Below are positions 1 through 8,467 of a stretch of DNA of 64,000 nucleotides, in pieces. Origin of the DNA: an uncultured Clostridia bacterium. GTDB lineage: Bacteria > Bacillota > Clostridia > TANB77 > CAG-508. Positions within the stretch are counted from its first letter, which is position 1. Each line of letters starts with the position of its first letter. Both the position numbers and the translations under genes were made by a program. The notes beneath the pieces were generated by a model, which saw nothing but the letters and a program-made list of their open reading frames with translations, did no database searches and was not told the DNA's origin. Where the stretch lies: positions 28,290 through 92,289 of the forward strand of contig CALXEX010000002.1 of assembly GCA_944387445.1 (NCBI GenBank), given 5' to 3'.

Positions 1-714
1 AAAAGAAGCTGTTAGCAAAAGTGTTAATCCAGAAGCCAATACCAAATATAGTATATTTTTCTTTGTAAATATTTGTTTAAAATATATAACAAAAAATGTA
101 AATACAAGCATTAATGTAAAATAAATTGTCATAACTAGATGTGAATAAATCGCTAATGTATATCCTCCTACAAAACAAATAAAAAATAGTTTGTATCTTT
201 TTTCAATTAGGTATAGCAATCCTATGACAATTAAAGGAATTGCTACAGGAATAAACATTTCCGAAAAAGCATCTCTTACAAAGATTTCTGCTAAATGATA
301 GGGTGCTGACATATAAAATAGAGATAATAACATTGCTACTTTTTTGCTTTTAAAAATTTTCTTTCCTAACAGATAAACAGTCACTCCTGATGCAAAAATT
401 GTTAACCATTGTGTGATACGCATTCCAACAGCAACATTACCAACGTGAAAAACACTTAATAATTTTGTAATATAGGCTGAAATTAAATGTGGAATTGGTG
501 GATAAAAAAATCTGGTTCCATATCCAAAATCTTTTGCTATATATTTTAAAGGTTCTTGTACGGTTAAATTATCCCAAGATAATTGATCTATAATAGCTGT
601 TATATTTGCTAAATGAAAATCTGTATCATGTCCTTGTATATATCCATTATGCACATCTGACATCATAATAATGATACTAAAAATAAAAATTGCTAATATA
701 TATTTATGTTTCAT
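1..714 (-). CDS. Integral membrane protein, PTPS-related / GT-C-like (N-terminal 238 aa; 3' end runs off the window)
   Basis: ATG at 714 after an A-rich leader. Open in frame to base 1. Translation starts MKHKYILAIFIFSIIIMMSDVHNGYIQGHDTDFHLANI and continues with many TM helices. Absent from the ORF track because it is truncated by the window edge. Confidence 0.55.
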   Translation of the reverse strand, partial: MKHKYILAIFIFSIIIMMSDVHNGYIQGHDTDFHLANITAIIDQLSWDNLTVQEPLKYIAKDFGYGTRFFYPPIPHLISAYITKLLSVFHVGNVAVGMRITQWLTIFASGVTVYLLGKKIFKSKKVAMLLSLFYMSAPYHLAEIFVRDAFSEMFIPVAIPLIVIGLLYLIEKRYKLFFICFVGGYTLAIYSHLVMTIYFTLMLVFTFFVIYFKQIFTKKNILYLVLASGLTLLLTASF

Positions 715-905
715 TTTCTCACCTTTTATTTCTTCTTACATGTTTCATTATATTACATTCCTATTCTTTTCGCAATATTTACTCTATTTTAAATTGATGT
801 TCCTATTTTTTCTCATCATATGCATTCAAATTTTTATATAGATTTCTATATTTTTATTGCAATATCATATAAATTCATATAAAATCTTTTAGGGGGATTT
901 ATTTT

Positions 906-1415
906 ATGAATGGTAATCAAAATATGGATATAAAAAATGAAGAACATATTCAAGAAGTTTATATAGATCAGGCTATTTTTTTCTTAAAATTTTATATAGG
1001 CATTTCTCTATTTAGTATAATTACTTACCTAATCGCTCTTGAATATAACGCTTTTGATTTTGGATTTATTTTTGAAGTTATTTCATTTGTTTTTGTGATA
1101 CTTTCCATGGATAAATTAAAAAAACATAAGTTACAATCAGCAAAAAAATGTATTATTATTGCTATGATTCCTATAGGTTGGCTAATTATATATGACTTTA
1201 TTAACTTACTAGCAAATCTAGATGAGGTTATAACAAATATTACTAAGTACTATACTACTAGGGATAAATATTATTATTCTTTAATGCCTTATCTTATTGA
1301 TGTAACACTAATTATATTGATTGGGTTATTATATAAGTCCTATTCATCTGTTACCCAAGTTAATAAAACTACAAAATCAGATAATTATACAGACACCTTT
1401 TATAATAAATTATAA
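906..1415 (+). CDS. Hypothetical multi-pass membrane protein
   Basis: 169-aa ORF preceded by AGGGGGA SD. Hydrophobic segments. No recognisable family. Confidence 0.5.
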   Translation: MNGNQNMDIKNEEHIQEVYIDQAIFFLKFYIGISLFSIITYLIALEYNAFDFGFIFEVISFVFVILSMDKLKKHKLQSAKKCIIIAMIPIGWLIIYDFINLLANLDEVITNITKYYTTRDKYYYSLMPYLIDVTLIILIGLLYKSYSSVTQVNKTTKSDNYTDTFYNKL

Positions 1416-1464
1416 TCAAAACATAACTTTACTATATATGAATTGAATACATCTTCTATATACT

Positions 1465-1512
1465 AAAAAAATAGTTATCTATTTTAAAGTTAAATAGATA
1501 ACTATCTTTTTT
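1465..1512. terminator. Bidirectional intrinsic terminator between convergent genes
   Basis: ATAGTTATCTATTT-AAAG-TTAAATAGATAACTAT hairpin flanked by an A-run and a T-run. Confidence 0.6.
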
Positions 1513-2233
1513 AAAATTTTATATTTTCTTCTTCATCAAATAATACAGCATCATCTTTATGCAATTCTTCCTTTTTATCTTCCATATTTGCTAATCTATG
1601 TGCTAGATAAAATACGATGCATATAGTACTAACATATATGGCTATATATAATATTGTTTTTACTTTAAAATTTGTATAAGCATTAACACTTTCTTCAATA
1701 TATGCTTCTTTATCATCTAAATATTTTATTCCAGATAATCCAACCGTTACTCTTTTTGAATTTGTATTTCCTTGTTCATAGGTTTCATAAAAATCTCCAA
1801 ATGTTTCTTTCGTATATTGACTATCTAAATATATTTTTAATCCTAAATGAATAAAAACAATTAATAATGATATGATTCCCACTAATTTTAACCCTTTTAT
1901 AATTGTTTCTTTTTGTTTGGATAATATTGTAATCAATGTAGCTAAGATAACTGTTGCAAGAATACTAATCAATTGAAAGTTTAAAAATGTTTCTTTTGTT
2001 TCTGCTATTGGGTCGTCAAATGTAACTTGATAAGCAAACAGATATACTGCAACTGCTATTAGAATGATAAGAATTACTGATATGAGTTCCATTGCAATAA
2101 ATGTTTTATCATAATATATGATAAAATATCTACGTCTTCCCCAATAATGTGAATAATGTGGTGCACTATATCCACCATTTCCATTATCTTTTCCTATATC
2201 AATATTAGGAACTTCTCCTCTATTTCTAAACAT
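1511..2233 (-). CDS. Hypothetical membrane protein
   Basis: 240-aa ORF with several TM helices. No family recognised. Confidence 0.5.
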   Translation of the reverse strand: MFRNRGEVPNIDIGKDNGNGGYSAPHYSHYWGRRRYFIIYYDKTFIAMELISVILIILIAVAVYLFAYQVTFDDPIAETKETFLNFQLISILATVILATLITILSKQKETIIKGLKLVGIISLLIVFIHLGLKIYLDSQYTKETFGDFYETYEQGNTNSKRVTVGLSGIKYLDDKEAYIEESVNAYTNFKVKTILYIAIYVSTICIVFYLAHRLANMEDKKEELHKDDAVLFDEEENIKF

Positions 2234-2358
2234 ACCCCTTTTTCTCCTTTTATGATTACTTTAAAATAATGGTATCATATAACTTTCTGTATTGCAATGT
2301 TTCTTTATTGTTTTTTATTTCAATTGGCTTTCTATTTTTTGTCGTTTTTTAACTTTTA

Positions 2359-2742
2359 TTAAATATTTACTCGATATTTTTCAGTTCTTTTTCCTAAATT
2401 AATCGTACTTTTATTTGTAATTTCTATTTTAGGAATTAAATACATTTTTTGCTCTGCATCTAATACAAATATATAATCTACATTTGTATTTACTATTGTT
2501 TTATATTCCTTTCCTTTTGTTCCACCACAACTTTTCAAAGCTACTTGATATACATTATTTCTTGTTTTACAGCCTGTTGCTTTTACTTGTACTGTGTATA
2601 ATTTATTACATTTTTCTATTACCAAATCATAATCTTGTGTATCATTTAAAGGTATGGATACTGTATATCCTTTGGTTGTAAAATATGCTACTGCCATTCC
2701 TAAACCTGAATTTCCTTTTTCTTTATTAGTACCAAAATTCAT
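2359..2742 (-). CDS. Small PD-(D/E)XK endonuclease, I-Ssp6803I-like (PDDEXK_5-type)
   Basis: Pattern KGNSGLGMAVAYFTTKGYTVSIPLNDTQDYDLVI...YTVQVKAT...VDYIFVLD...MYLIP matches the small group-I-intron-associated PD-(D/E)XK nuclease family. Preferred start is the ATG at 2742 (AAGGAG 5 nt upstream), not the TTG at 2757 used by the track. Confidence 0.6.
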   Translation of the reverse strand: MNFGTNKEKGNSGLGMAVAYFTTKGYTVSIPLNDTQDYDLVIEKCNKLYTVQVKATGCKTRNNVYQVALKSCGGTKGKEYKTIVNTNVDYIFVLDAEQKMYLIPKIEITNKSTINLGKRTEKYRVNI

Positions 2743-2778
2743 AGCTTCTCCTTTCAAAACATTTGTTTGTTAATTTAT

Positions 2779-2808
2779 GTAAAATAAAATACAAGTTTCC
2801 TTGTATTT
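2779..2808 (-). terminator. Intrinsic terminator after tRNA-Tyr
   Basis: Minus strand reads AAATACAAGGAAACTTGTATTT followed by TATTTT. Confidence 0.5.
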
Positions 2809-2810
2809 CA

Positions 2811-3124
2811 TGGTGGGCAGGGAAGGATTCGAACCTTCGTACTCAAATGAGAACAGATTTCTTACTACTATAGTTTTCACTACCATAATCAAAATATCAT
2901 GTTTGTAGTCTGGACTTTCTCTTTATCTTTTTCAAGATACCAGGTATAAAGTCTCTACACTCGGAAATTTCTTTCCTAGCTCGGGATTGTCATCAGCCTA
3001 ACTGTTAAGAGTTCCCCGAATTAGCCCGGTGTTCATCATATAATCACTTATATGAGCTGCAAGTTTAGGTTTTGATTAACCAAAGACCACAGTCTGCCGC
3101 CTTTAGCCACTCGGCCACCTACCC
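2811..3124 (-). tRNA. tRNA-Tyr(GTA) interrupted by a 228-nt intron (exon 1 3089-3124, exon 2 2811-2860)
   Basis: The reverse complement reads GGGTAGGTGGCCGAGTGGCTAAAGGCGGCAGACTGT, then the insert, then AAATCTGTTCTCATTTGAGTACGAAGGTTCGAATCCTTCCCTGCCCACCA. This gives a 7-bp acceptor stem, a D arm, an anticodon stem GCAGA/TCTGT, the loop CTGTAAA, a long variable arm, a T arm GAAGG/CCTTC and an encoded CCA. It is co-linear with Bacillus tRNA-Tyr. Confidence 0.85.
2861..3088 (-). ncRNA. Group I intron (IC3-like, ORF-less) in the tRNA-Tyr anticodon loop
   Basis: The 5' exon ends in U and the insert ends in G. The strings GAGTGTAGAGACT and ATAAAGAGAAAGTCCAGACTAC parallel, from memory, GGUGUAGAGACUAGACGG (Azoarcus tRNA-Ile intron) and UAAAGAGAGAGUCC (Anabaena tRNA-Leu intron). 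AAACCTAA and TATGG receptor-like strings are also present. Confidence 0.75.
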
Positions 3125-3139
3125 ATATATTTATTTTAA

Positions 3140-3216
3140 TGGTGCTCCCTCAAGGATTCGAACCTTGGACCCACCGGTTATGAGCCGGTTGCTCTGACCA
3201 ACTGAGCTAAGGGAGC
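3140..3216 (-). tRNA. tRNA with CAT anticodon (elongator Met or lysidine-modified Ile2)
   Basis: The reverse complement reads GCTCCCTTAGCTCAGTTGGTCAGAGCAACCGGCTCATAACCGGTGGGTCCAAGGTTCGAATCCTTGAGGGAGCACCA, a full cloverleaf. The G1-C72 pair argues against an initiator tRNA. Confidence 0.85.
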
Positions 3217-3248
3217 GTTTATAACGCTTTTTCCTCAACGCAAGATAC

Positions 3249-3277
3249 AGTATAAACTATTTTTATGTAGTTGTCAA
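3249..3277 (-). promoter_or_regulatory. Sigma-A-type promoter for the tRNA pair
   Basis: Minus strand reads TTGACA, a 17-nt spacer, then TATACT, about 30 nt upstream of the first tRNA. Confidence 0.6.
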
Positions 3278-3380
3278 GACATTTTTCCAAATTCCTATAA
3301 TTTTTAAGTCACAATGTAAGTTTCAGTATACTCACGAAAGGAGCTAGTTTTCATCCTAACTCCTTTTCATTTACTTCTTT

Positions 3381-4274
3381 CTAATTATCTGAACCTTTAC
3401 CTTCTGGTAATGCTGGATATTGTATAACAATTCTAATTTTTGATATGTATCGAATAGCTCTAACAATTTTACTATTTTTAATTCTTTGCCATAAACTTGG
3501 TTTTGCCTCAAAAGTTACTTCTTGTTCATATTGTTGTTGCTCAACATTTACTTGCTCTTTTTGTTTTGTTTTTTGTTTTACTTTTTGTTTTGCTATCTTC
3601 TCTACTTTTTGCTCTTCTTGTACTTGTTCTACTACTGGTTCTACTTCTTCTGCTGGTGCTGGAATAGATTTTAATGCATCTGCCACTTCAATTCCTATGT
3701 AACTTAATGCTTTTGATCTATCTTCTATTCTTTCCATATCAATTTCTATATGCAAATTAGATTCAAGATTTGTTACTCTAGCATTTAATAACTTCATAGC
3801 GTCTTGATAATTTTGAGATTTCTTTCCTTTACATTTTCCAACAATGTTTAATGTATCAATAATGTCTTCTGGAAATTCGTCTTCTGCCTCTTTTACTTGA
3901 TCTTTCCAATTTTTTTCTTTATTATCTACAATCTCAATTAGTTCTTTTAGTCTTCCTGATAAAGCTATGTTTTCTTCTCTTTGTCTTATTAATTCTTCAA
4001 TTTTCTTTGTATTTTCTTCAAATTGATTTGTTGCATATTCAACCAATCCATATGCAGCTTTATAAACACTTGCAGGAAAATTCTTCTTTTTTGGATATTC
4101 AATTAAATATGCTTTTATAGACTCTATTAAATCTTTAAAATAAGAATCATCCTCTAATTGTACAATTTGTTTTTTACTGTTTGGATTGATAAGTTTATGT
4201 ACTTTATCTATATTTGATAATATTTTCTCCTCAGTGATAACCATTCTCACATTTACTATGCCAGATCTAGACAT
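3381..4274 (-). CDS. Hypothetical coiled-coil protein, K/E/Q-rich
   Basis: 297-aa ORF with AAAGGAGGGA SD. No family recognised. Confidence 0.5.
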   Translation of the reverse strand: MSRSGIVNVRMVITEEKILSNIDKVHKLINPNSKKQIVQLEDDSYFKDLIESIKAYLIEYPKKKNFPASVYKAAYGLVEYATNQFEENTKKIEELIRQREENIALSGRLKELIEIVDNKEKNWKDQVKEAEDEFPEDIIDTLNIVGKCKGKKSQNYQDAMKLLNARVTNLESNLHIEIDMERIEDRSKALSYIGIEVADALKSIPAPAEEVEPVVEQVQEEQKVEKIAKQKVKQKTKQKEQVNVEQQQYEQEVTFEAKPSLWQRIKNSKIVRAIRYISKIRIVIQYPALPEGKGSDN

Positions 4275-4610
4275 GTAAATTCCCTCCTTTTATCTTAAGC
4301 ATATGATTTTATACATTTATAATTATACATTAACCTACAAAAAACTACAATACCAACGGAAGATTTTTTTTTTAAGTTTTTGTTACAAAAGTGTTACATT
4401 TTTGTAACATTTTTGTTTTTCTTTATATTCTTAGGGCAGAACGACATTCTAAAATCCAAAGGGCTTAACTTTTTGTAGGGTTCATTTTTTTCTACGGGAA
4501 GAATTGCTTTTCCTATACATTCGCTAATGTATAAACCATTTTTTCTCTATCAAAAAAATATAACGCAAAAATGTCCCTTGGAAAACGTTCCCAACTGGAC
4601 ATTTTATTTT

Positions 4611-6326
4611 TTATAGTACTGTTTTTATTTCTTCAAATCTTTTTACTTTTTGTGTTGTTGTTTTGATTAGTTCTTTATTCGTTACACTAATCACCCTTAC
4701 ATATTTATATGCTGGCATTGTTTTGTTAACTTTCTTAACTTCTTGCCAAATTTTTTCCTGTAATTCTTTTGGATCTTTTGTTCCATATATTTCTTCAACT
4801 GTTTCATCATCATATACAATTTTTGCACATATTTTATAGTCACCATCATCTTCTGGCTTTCCATAAACAAATGATTCTTTTACACCTTCGATTTTATTGA
4901 TTAGTGCTTCTATTTCTTCTGGATATATATTTTTTCCATTTTTTAAGACAATAACAAATTTCTTTCTTCCTGAAATAAAGATAAAATCATCTTTGTCTAT
5001 TCTTGCTAGGTCTCCTGTATGTAACCAACCATCTTCTGTTATTGTTTCTTTTGTTGCTTCTTCATTGTTATAATATCCGAGCATAACAGATGGACCTTTT
5101 ACCATCAATTCTCCAATTCCTTCTTCATTAGGATCTTCAATTTTTACATCTAAACTTGGAAATGCTTTTCCAATAGATCCTAGTCTTTGATACTTATCAT
5201 CTTCTACAGAGATAACTGGTGAGCTTTCTGTTAATCCATACCCTTGGTATAATGTAAACCCTAACTCATTAAATCCTTTTTCTGTTTCTGGATCAAGTGC
5301 AGCTCCTCCTGCTACAAATATTCTTATGTTTCCACCTAATGTATCATGAATTTCTTTAAATAATTTTTTTCTAATATCGATTCCAAATTTTAATAAGAAT
5401 TGGCTAATTTTAATTCCTTTTTGTACAGTTTTCAATTTACCTTTTTTCTCAATTGTTTTCATTACCTTTTTATACATTGCTTCAAACAAAATTGGAACAG
5501 AAACCATGACACTTGCTTTATATTCTTTTAAGTTATCTGCAATATGTCTAATACCTTCACAAAATGCAATTGAAGAACCTCTTGATAATGGATATAAAAA
5601 TCCAGTTGTACATTCAAATGTATGATGTAATGGTAAAAAAGATAAAAATCTATCTGTATCATAAATCCTTAAAACAGATGTAATATCCATTATGTTTGCA
5701 CATATATTTTTATGTGACAACATAACTGCTTTTGACATAGCAGTTGTTCCTGATGTAAATAACATAATAGACATTTTTTCTGGGTCAATCTTTGCATCTA
5801 AAAAATCTCTATTTCCTGCCTCTAACAATTCTTTTCCTTGTTTAATTAATTCATGCTCTGAATATACACCATTTTCTTCTTTTTCTAAATCCATAGAAAT
5901 GAAATATTTTACTTTTGTATGATTTTCTTGTTTCATTTTATTCATAACATCATTGTATTTTTCAGAATACACAATTGCTTCTACTTCTGAACGAATCATT
6001 AAACTTTCTATTTCGTTTTCTGGTAAAGATTTATCTAGTGGAACAATAACACCCGTTCCATTTACAACAGCTAGATAAACAATTCCCCATTCATATCTAT
6101 TTTCTGATATAACCGCAACTCTCTTGTCTTTTAAACCCATATTTACAAATTTTGTTCCTAAAGCTTTTACATCATCTCTAAATTCTTTATGGGTAATTTC
6201 TCTAAATTTTCCTTCTTCTTCTGTTTTAAATACATAGGCTGGTCTGTCTCCATAAAGTTCACCAGATTTTTCTAACATATCTCTTAAATCTGTAAATTTC
6301 ATAAATTCATGTATTGGCTCTCTCAT
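4611..6326 (-). CDS. AMP-dependent synthetase/ligase (long-chain fatty acid-CoA ligase-like)
   Basis: AMP-binding motif LFTSGTTAMSKAVMLSHKN, then YGLTE and TGDLA motifs. 571 aa. Confidence 0.85.
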   Translation of the reverse strand: MREPIHEFMKFTDLRDMLEKSGELYGDRPAYVFKTEEEGKFREITHKEFRDDVKALGTKFVNMGLKDKRVAVISENRYEWGIVYLAVVNGTGVIVPLDKSLPENEIESLMIRSEVEAIVYSEKYNDVMNKMKQENHTKVKYFISMDLEKEENGVYSEHELIKQGKELLEAGNRDFLDAKIDPEKMSIMLFTSGTTAMSKAVMLSHKNICANIMDITSVLRIYDTDRFLSFLPLHHTFECTTGFLYPLSRGSSIAFCEGIRHIADNLKEYKASVMVSVPILFEAMYKKVMKTIEKKGKLKTVQKGIKISQFLLKFGIDIRKKLFKEIHDTLGGNIRIFVAGGAALDPETEKGFNELGFTLYQGYGLTESSPVISVEDDKYQRLGSIGKAFPSLDVKIEDPNEEGIGELMVKGPSVMLGYYNNEEATKETITEDGWLHTGDLARIDKDDFIFISGRKKFVIVLKNGKNIYPEEIEALINKIEGVKESFVYGKPEDDGDYKICAKIVYDDETVEEIYGTKDPKELQEKIWQEVKKVNKTMPAYKYVRVISVTNKELIKTTTQKVKRFEEIKTVL

Positions 6327-6380
6327 ATGTTTACCCCTCTCTTTTTTTATCCTAGATTGGAAACATTTAATGTTTCGTCA

Positions 6381-6950
6381 TTATTTTTTCTTCAATCCTT
6401 CAATAACTGTATTTTCAAACTCTTTATACAATTTCATAATATCAATTTCATTTTCGTTTCTTAATTTATATACCAATGTCGAACAGATTAATCCATAGAT
6501 TTCTGATGCAATTACTTTTGGATTTCCCTCTTTAATTTGCTTTTTATCGATTCCTTCCTTTACAATTTCTTCAATTTTTTTAATATAATCATAAACATGA
6601 TTTTTGCATTTTTGATTTCTTGCTTCATTTCCCCAAAATTGACTTAACAAAATTGTTATTAAATCTTCATATTTCATAACAATTTTTATTTGGATTAAAA
6701 CAATTGCTTTTAACTTGTCTATATAATTATCATATTTTGCTGTTTTGATATCAATACTATTTTGCAATAGTTTCATACCTTCTTCAATTAAAAAATTAAA
6801 AATTTCTTCTTTACTTGAAAAATGATAATACAAAGTTCCTTTTGCTACACCAACCGTTGCTGTAATCTCTTCAATACTGGTGGCATCATATCCTTTTTCA
6901 GCAAATAATTTCATTGATGTTTCAAAAATTTTTCTTTTTGTTTTATTCAT
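6381..6950 (-). CDS. TetR/AcrR family transcriptional regulator
   Basis: N-terminal HTH region KIFETSMKLFAEKGYDATSIEEITATVGVAKGTLYYHF. Directly upstream of the ligase gene. Confidence 0.85.
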   Translation of the reverse strand: MNKTKRKIFETSMKLFAEKGYDATSIEEITATVGVAKGTLYYHFSSKEEIFNFLIEEGMKLLQNSIDIKTAKYDNYIDKLKAIVLIQIKIVMKYEDLITILLSQFWGNEARNQKCKNHVYDYIKKIEEIVKEGIDKKQIKEGNPKVIASEIYGLICSTLVYKLRNENEIDIMKLYKEFENTVIEGLKKK

Positions 6951-7068
6951 TTTCTAAACATCCTTTCAACACGATATATCAATAGCTATATTATATATGT
7001 AAACATAGAATATTGCAATATTTTTTTGAGGTTTTATACCACTTGTTCAAACATTTCATTTTTGATAT

Positions 7069-7266
7069 CCCCTGTATAAGTTGTTATCATTTATAAATCA
7101 CCTGTTACGAATGTGATTGGAAAGCATACTAGAAAATTTTATTTAAAATAAATGAAGGAACCCGAATCCTTTTGGGGAGTGTCATTTATTTTAAATTAGA
7201 TTTTCTGTATGCTTGTATTAAGCCGAGTAACAGGTAATTTATAAATGATAACAACTTGTACAGGGG
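7069..7266. repeat. Rod-like hairpin element, copy A (see findings)
   Basis: 40-bp outer arms (2 mismatches), then 5' junction GAATGTGATTGGAA, a ~32-bp inner stem, a 26-nt apical loop and 3' junction TGTATTAAGCCGA. Confidence 0.7.
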
Positions 7267-7281
7267 CTAAGCAAAATCAAT

Positions 7282-7971
7282 CTATCTTATTATACAAATG
7301 GCACAAAAAATAAGTATTCCCATGAAAACATTGCATAGCAATGCATAATTCACACTTTTAATTCCAACATCATTTAATCGATCAAAATGATGTACTATAT
7401 TATCTATTTCATCTTGTGAAGATATTTTTTTATTTTCCATATATGCTTTTGCTAGAAATCTTGCTTTTATCATAGCATCATTTTCTAAGTAACTTCTTAT
7501 AAAATAATAAACACATCCTCCAATGATTAAAATTGATAAAAATACCATTTCATGTGAAAGTAGATGACATAGTTTTAAAATAGAAATGATAATAAAATAT
7601 AGTATGTAGATATTAGAATATATAAAATTAAATAATAATAGCTTTCTATCTTGAATTGAATGTAAACATTCATGTGCAATGGTTTGTATTCTTGTATAAC
7701 TATTTTTTACATCCGCTATCATAATTTTGTTTGAGATAGCTATGTATAAAGAATTTGTTGCATTTTTGTCTTCTTCTATGGTAACAGTTTCATTTTTTAA
7801 CATTTTTAAATATTCCTTACACATATCTATATTGACTGGATATTTTTCTGCCAATTCATCTAATGCTTCATCTTTAGCAATTGCTTCTATTTGTTTTTTA
7901 CTACTACCAACCAATATTCTTAATAAAACCATCATAAAAATTAAAAAAATAATGATTACTCCAAATTCCAT
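7282..7971 (-). CDS. Membrane protein with HExxH motif (putative zinc metallopeptidase)
   Basis: HECLH motif at IAHECLHSIQD plus several TM helices. Confidence 0.45.
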   Translation of the reverse strand: MEFGVIIIFLIFMMVLLRILVGSSKKQIEAIAKDEALDELAEKYPVNIDMCKEYLKMLKNETVTIEEDKNATNSLYIAISNKIMIADVKNSYTRIQTIAHECLHSIQDRKLLLFNFIYSNIYILYFIIISILKLCHLLSHEMVFLSILIIGGCVYYFIRSYLENDAMIKARFLAKAYMENKKISSQDEIDNIVHHFDRLNDVGIKSVNYALLCNVFMGILIFCAICIIR

Positions 7972-8113
7972 CTTTTATCTTCCTTTCTCTATCTGAAATA
8001 AGATAAACATATCCTATCTTAATAAACTCATTTAAATACAGTATAAAGCTAATATATATAAGATTTATAAATTCTTATATATATTAGCTTTGACTAATCA
8101 TACATATATTAAC

Positions 8114-8449
8114 TTATTGCATAACATCTCTTACTGCTTCACCAATAATTTTATTGATATCTGCTAATACAATATTAAATTTCATTTCTGCATTAAAATA
8201 TTTTTTAGCATCATCGATTTGTATTAATTCTGCATATAGGTCTTTCATTTTATTTGTTTTTTCGACATCTTCTTTTCCAGTTTGCATTTGTGTTAATTGT
8301 GCGTCATATCTTGCAACTTCAAATTCACCTATTTTCTTTTTTAGGTCAGGATTTAAAGCCAATGCTTCTCTTGCCATTTTATAATTTACATATTCTTCAG
8401 ATTGTCGTATTTCACTTGCTAATTGATTTGCTGTATCATATACATTCAT
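8114..8449 (-). CDS. YlbF/YmcA family regulatory protein
   Basis: Typical YlbF-like helical sequence (ASEIRQSEEYVNYKMAREAL...). ATG at 8449 preferred over the GTG at 8458. Confidence 0.7.
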   Translation of the reverse strand: MNVYDTANQLASEIRQSEEYVNYKMAREALALNPDLKKKIGEFEVARYDAQLTQMQTGKEDVEKTNKMKDLYAELIQIDDAKKYFNAEMKFNIVLADINKIIGEAVRDVMQ

Positions 8450-8467
8450 TATTTTCACATCCTTTCT

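Noticed and set aside
2484-2681. This and many other 60-140 aa track ORFs lying antisense inside longer genes. Examples: 3445-3702, 5692-5922, 7727-7996, 8154-8698, 11810-12133, 23227-23595, 33639-33914, 35151-35984, 42307-42678, 50217-50594, 55639-56028, 58452-58972, 61119-61538.
   Set aside because: Each is fully embedded opposite a longer ORF with clear family motifs. They have F/L/I/S-rich low-complexity translations, as expected from AT-rich antisense strands, and no SD.
7069-7266. Known explanations for the rod elements: ordinary MITE, intrinsic terminator, 6S RNA, retron msr/msd, integron attC, hammerhead or hairpin ribozyme
   Set aside because: - MITE: the terminal inverted repeats are not conserved between copies.
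- Terminator: far too long, with no T-run.
- 6S RNA: three copies in 64 kb, and the stems are near-perfect duplexes.
- Retron: no reverse transcriptase, and no msr hairpins outside the single rod.
- attC: no R'/R'' consensus and no cassette array.
- Ribozymes: no CUGANGA/GAAA or loop A/B consensus.
None of these could be excluded computationally here.
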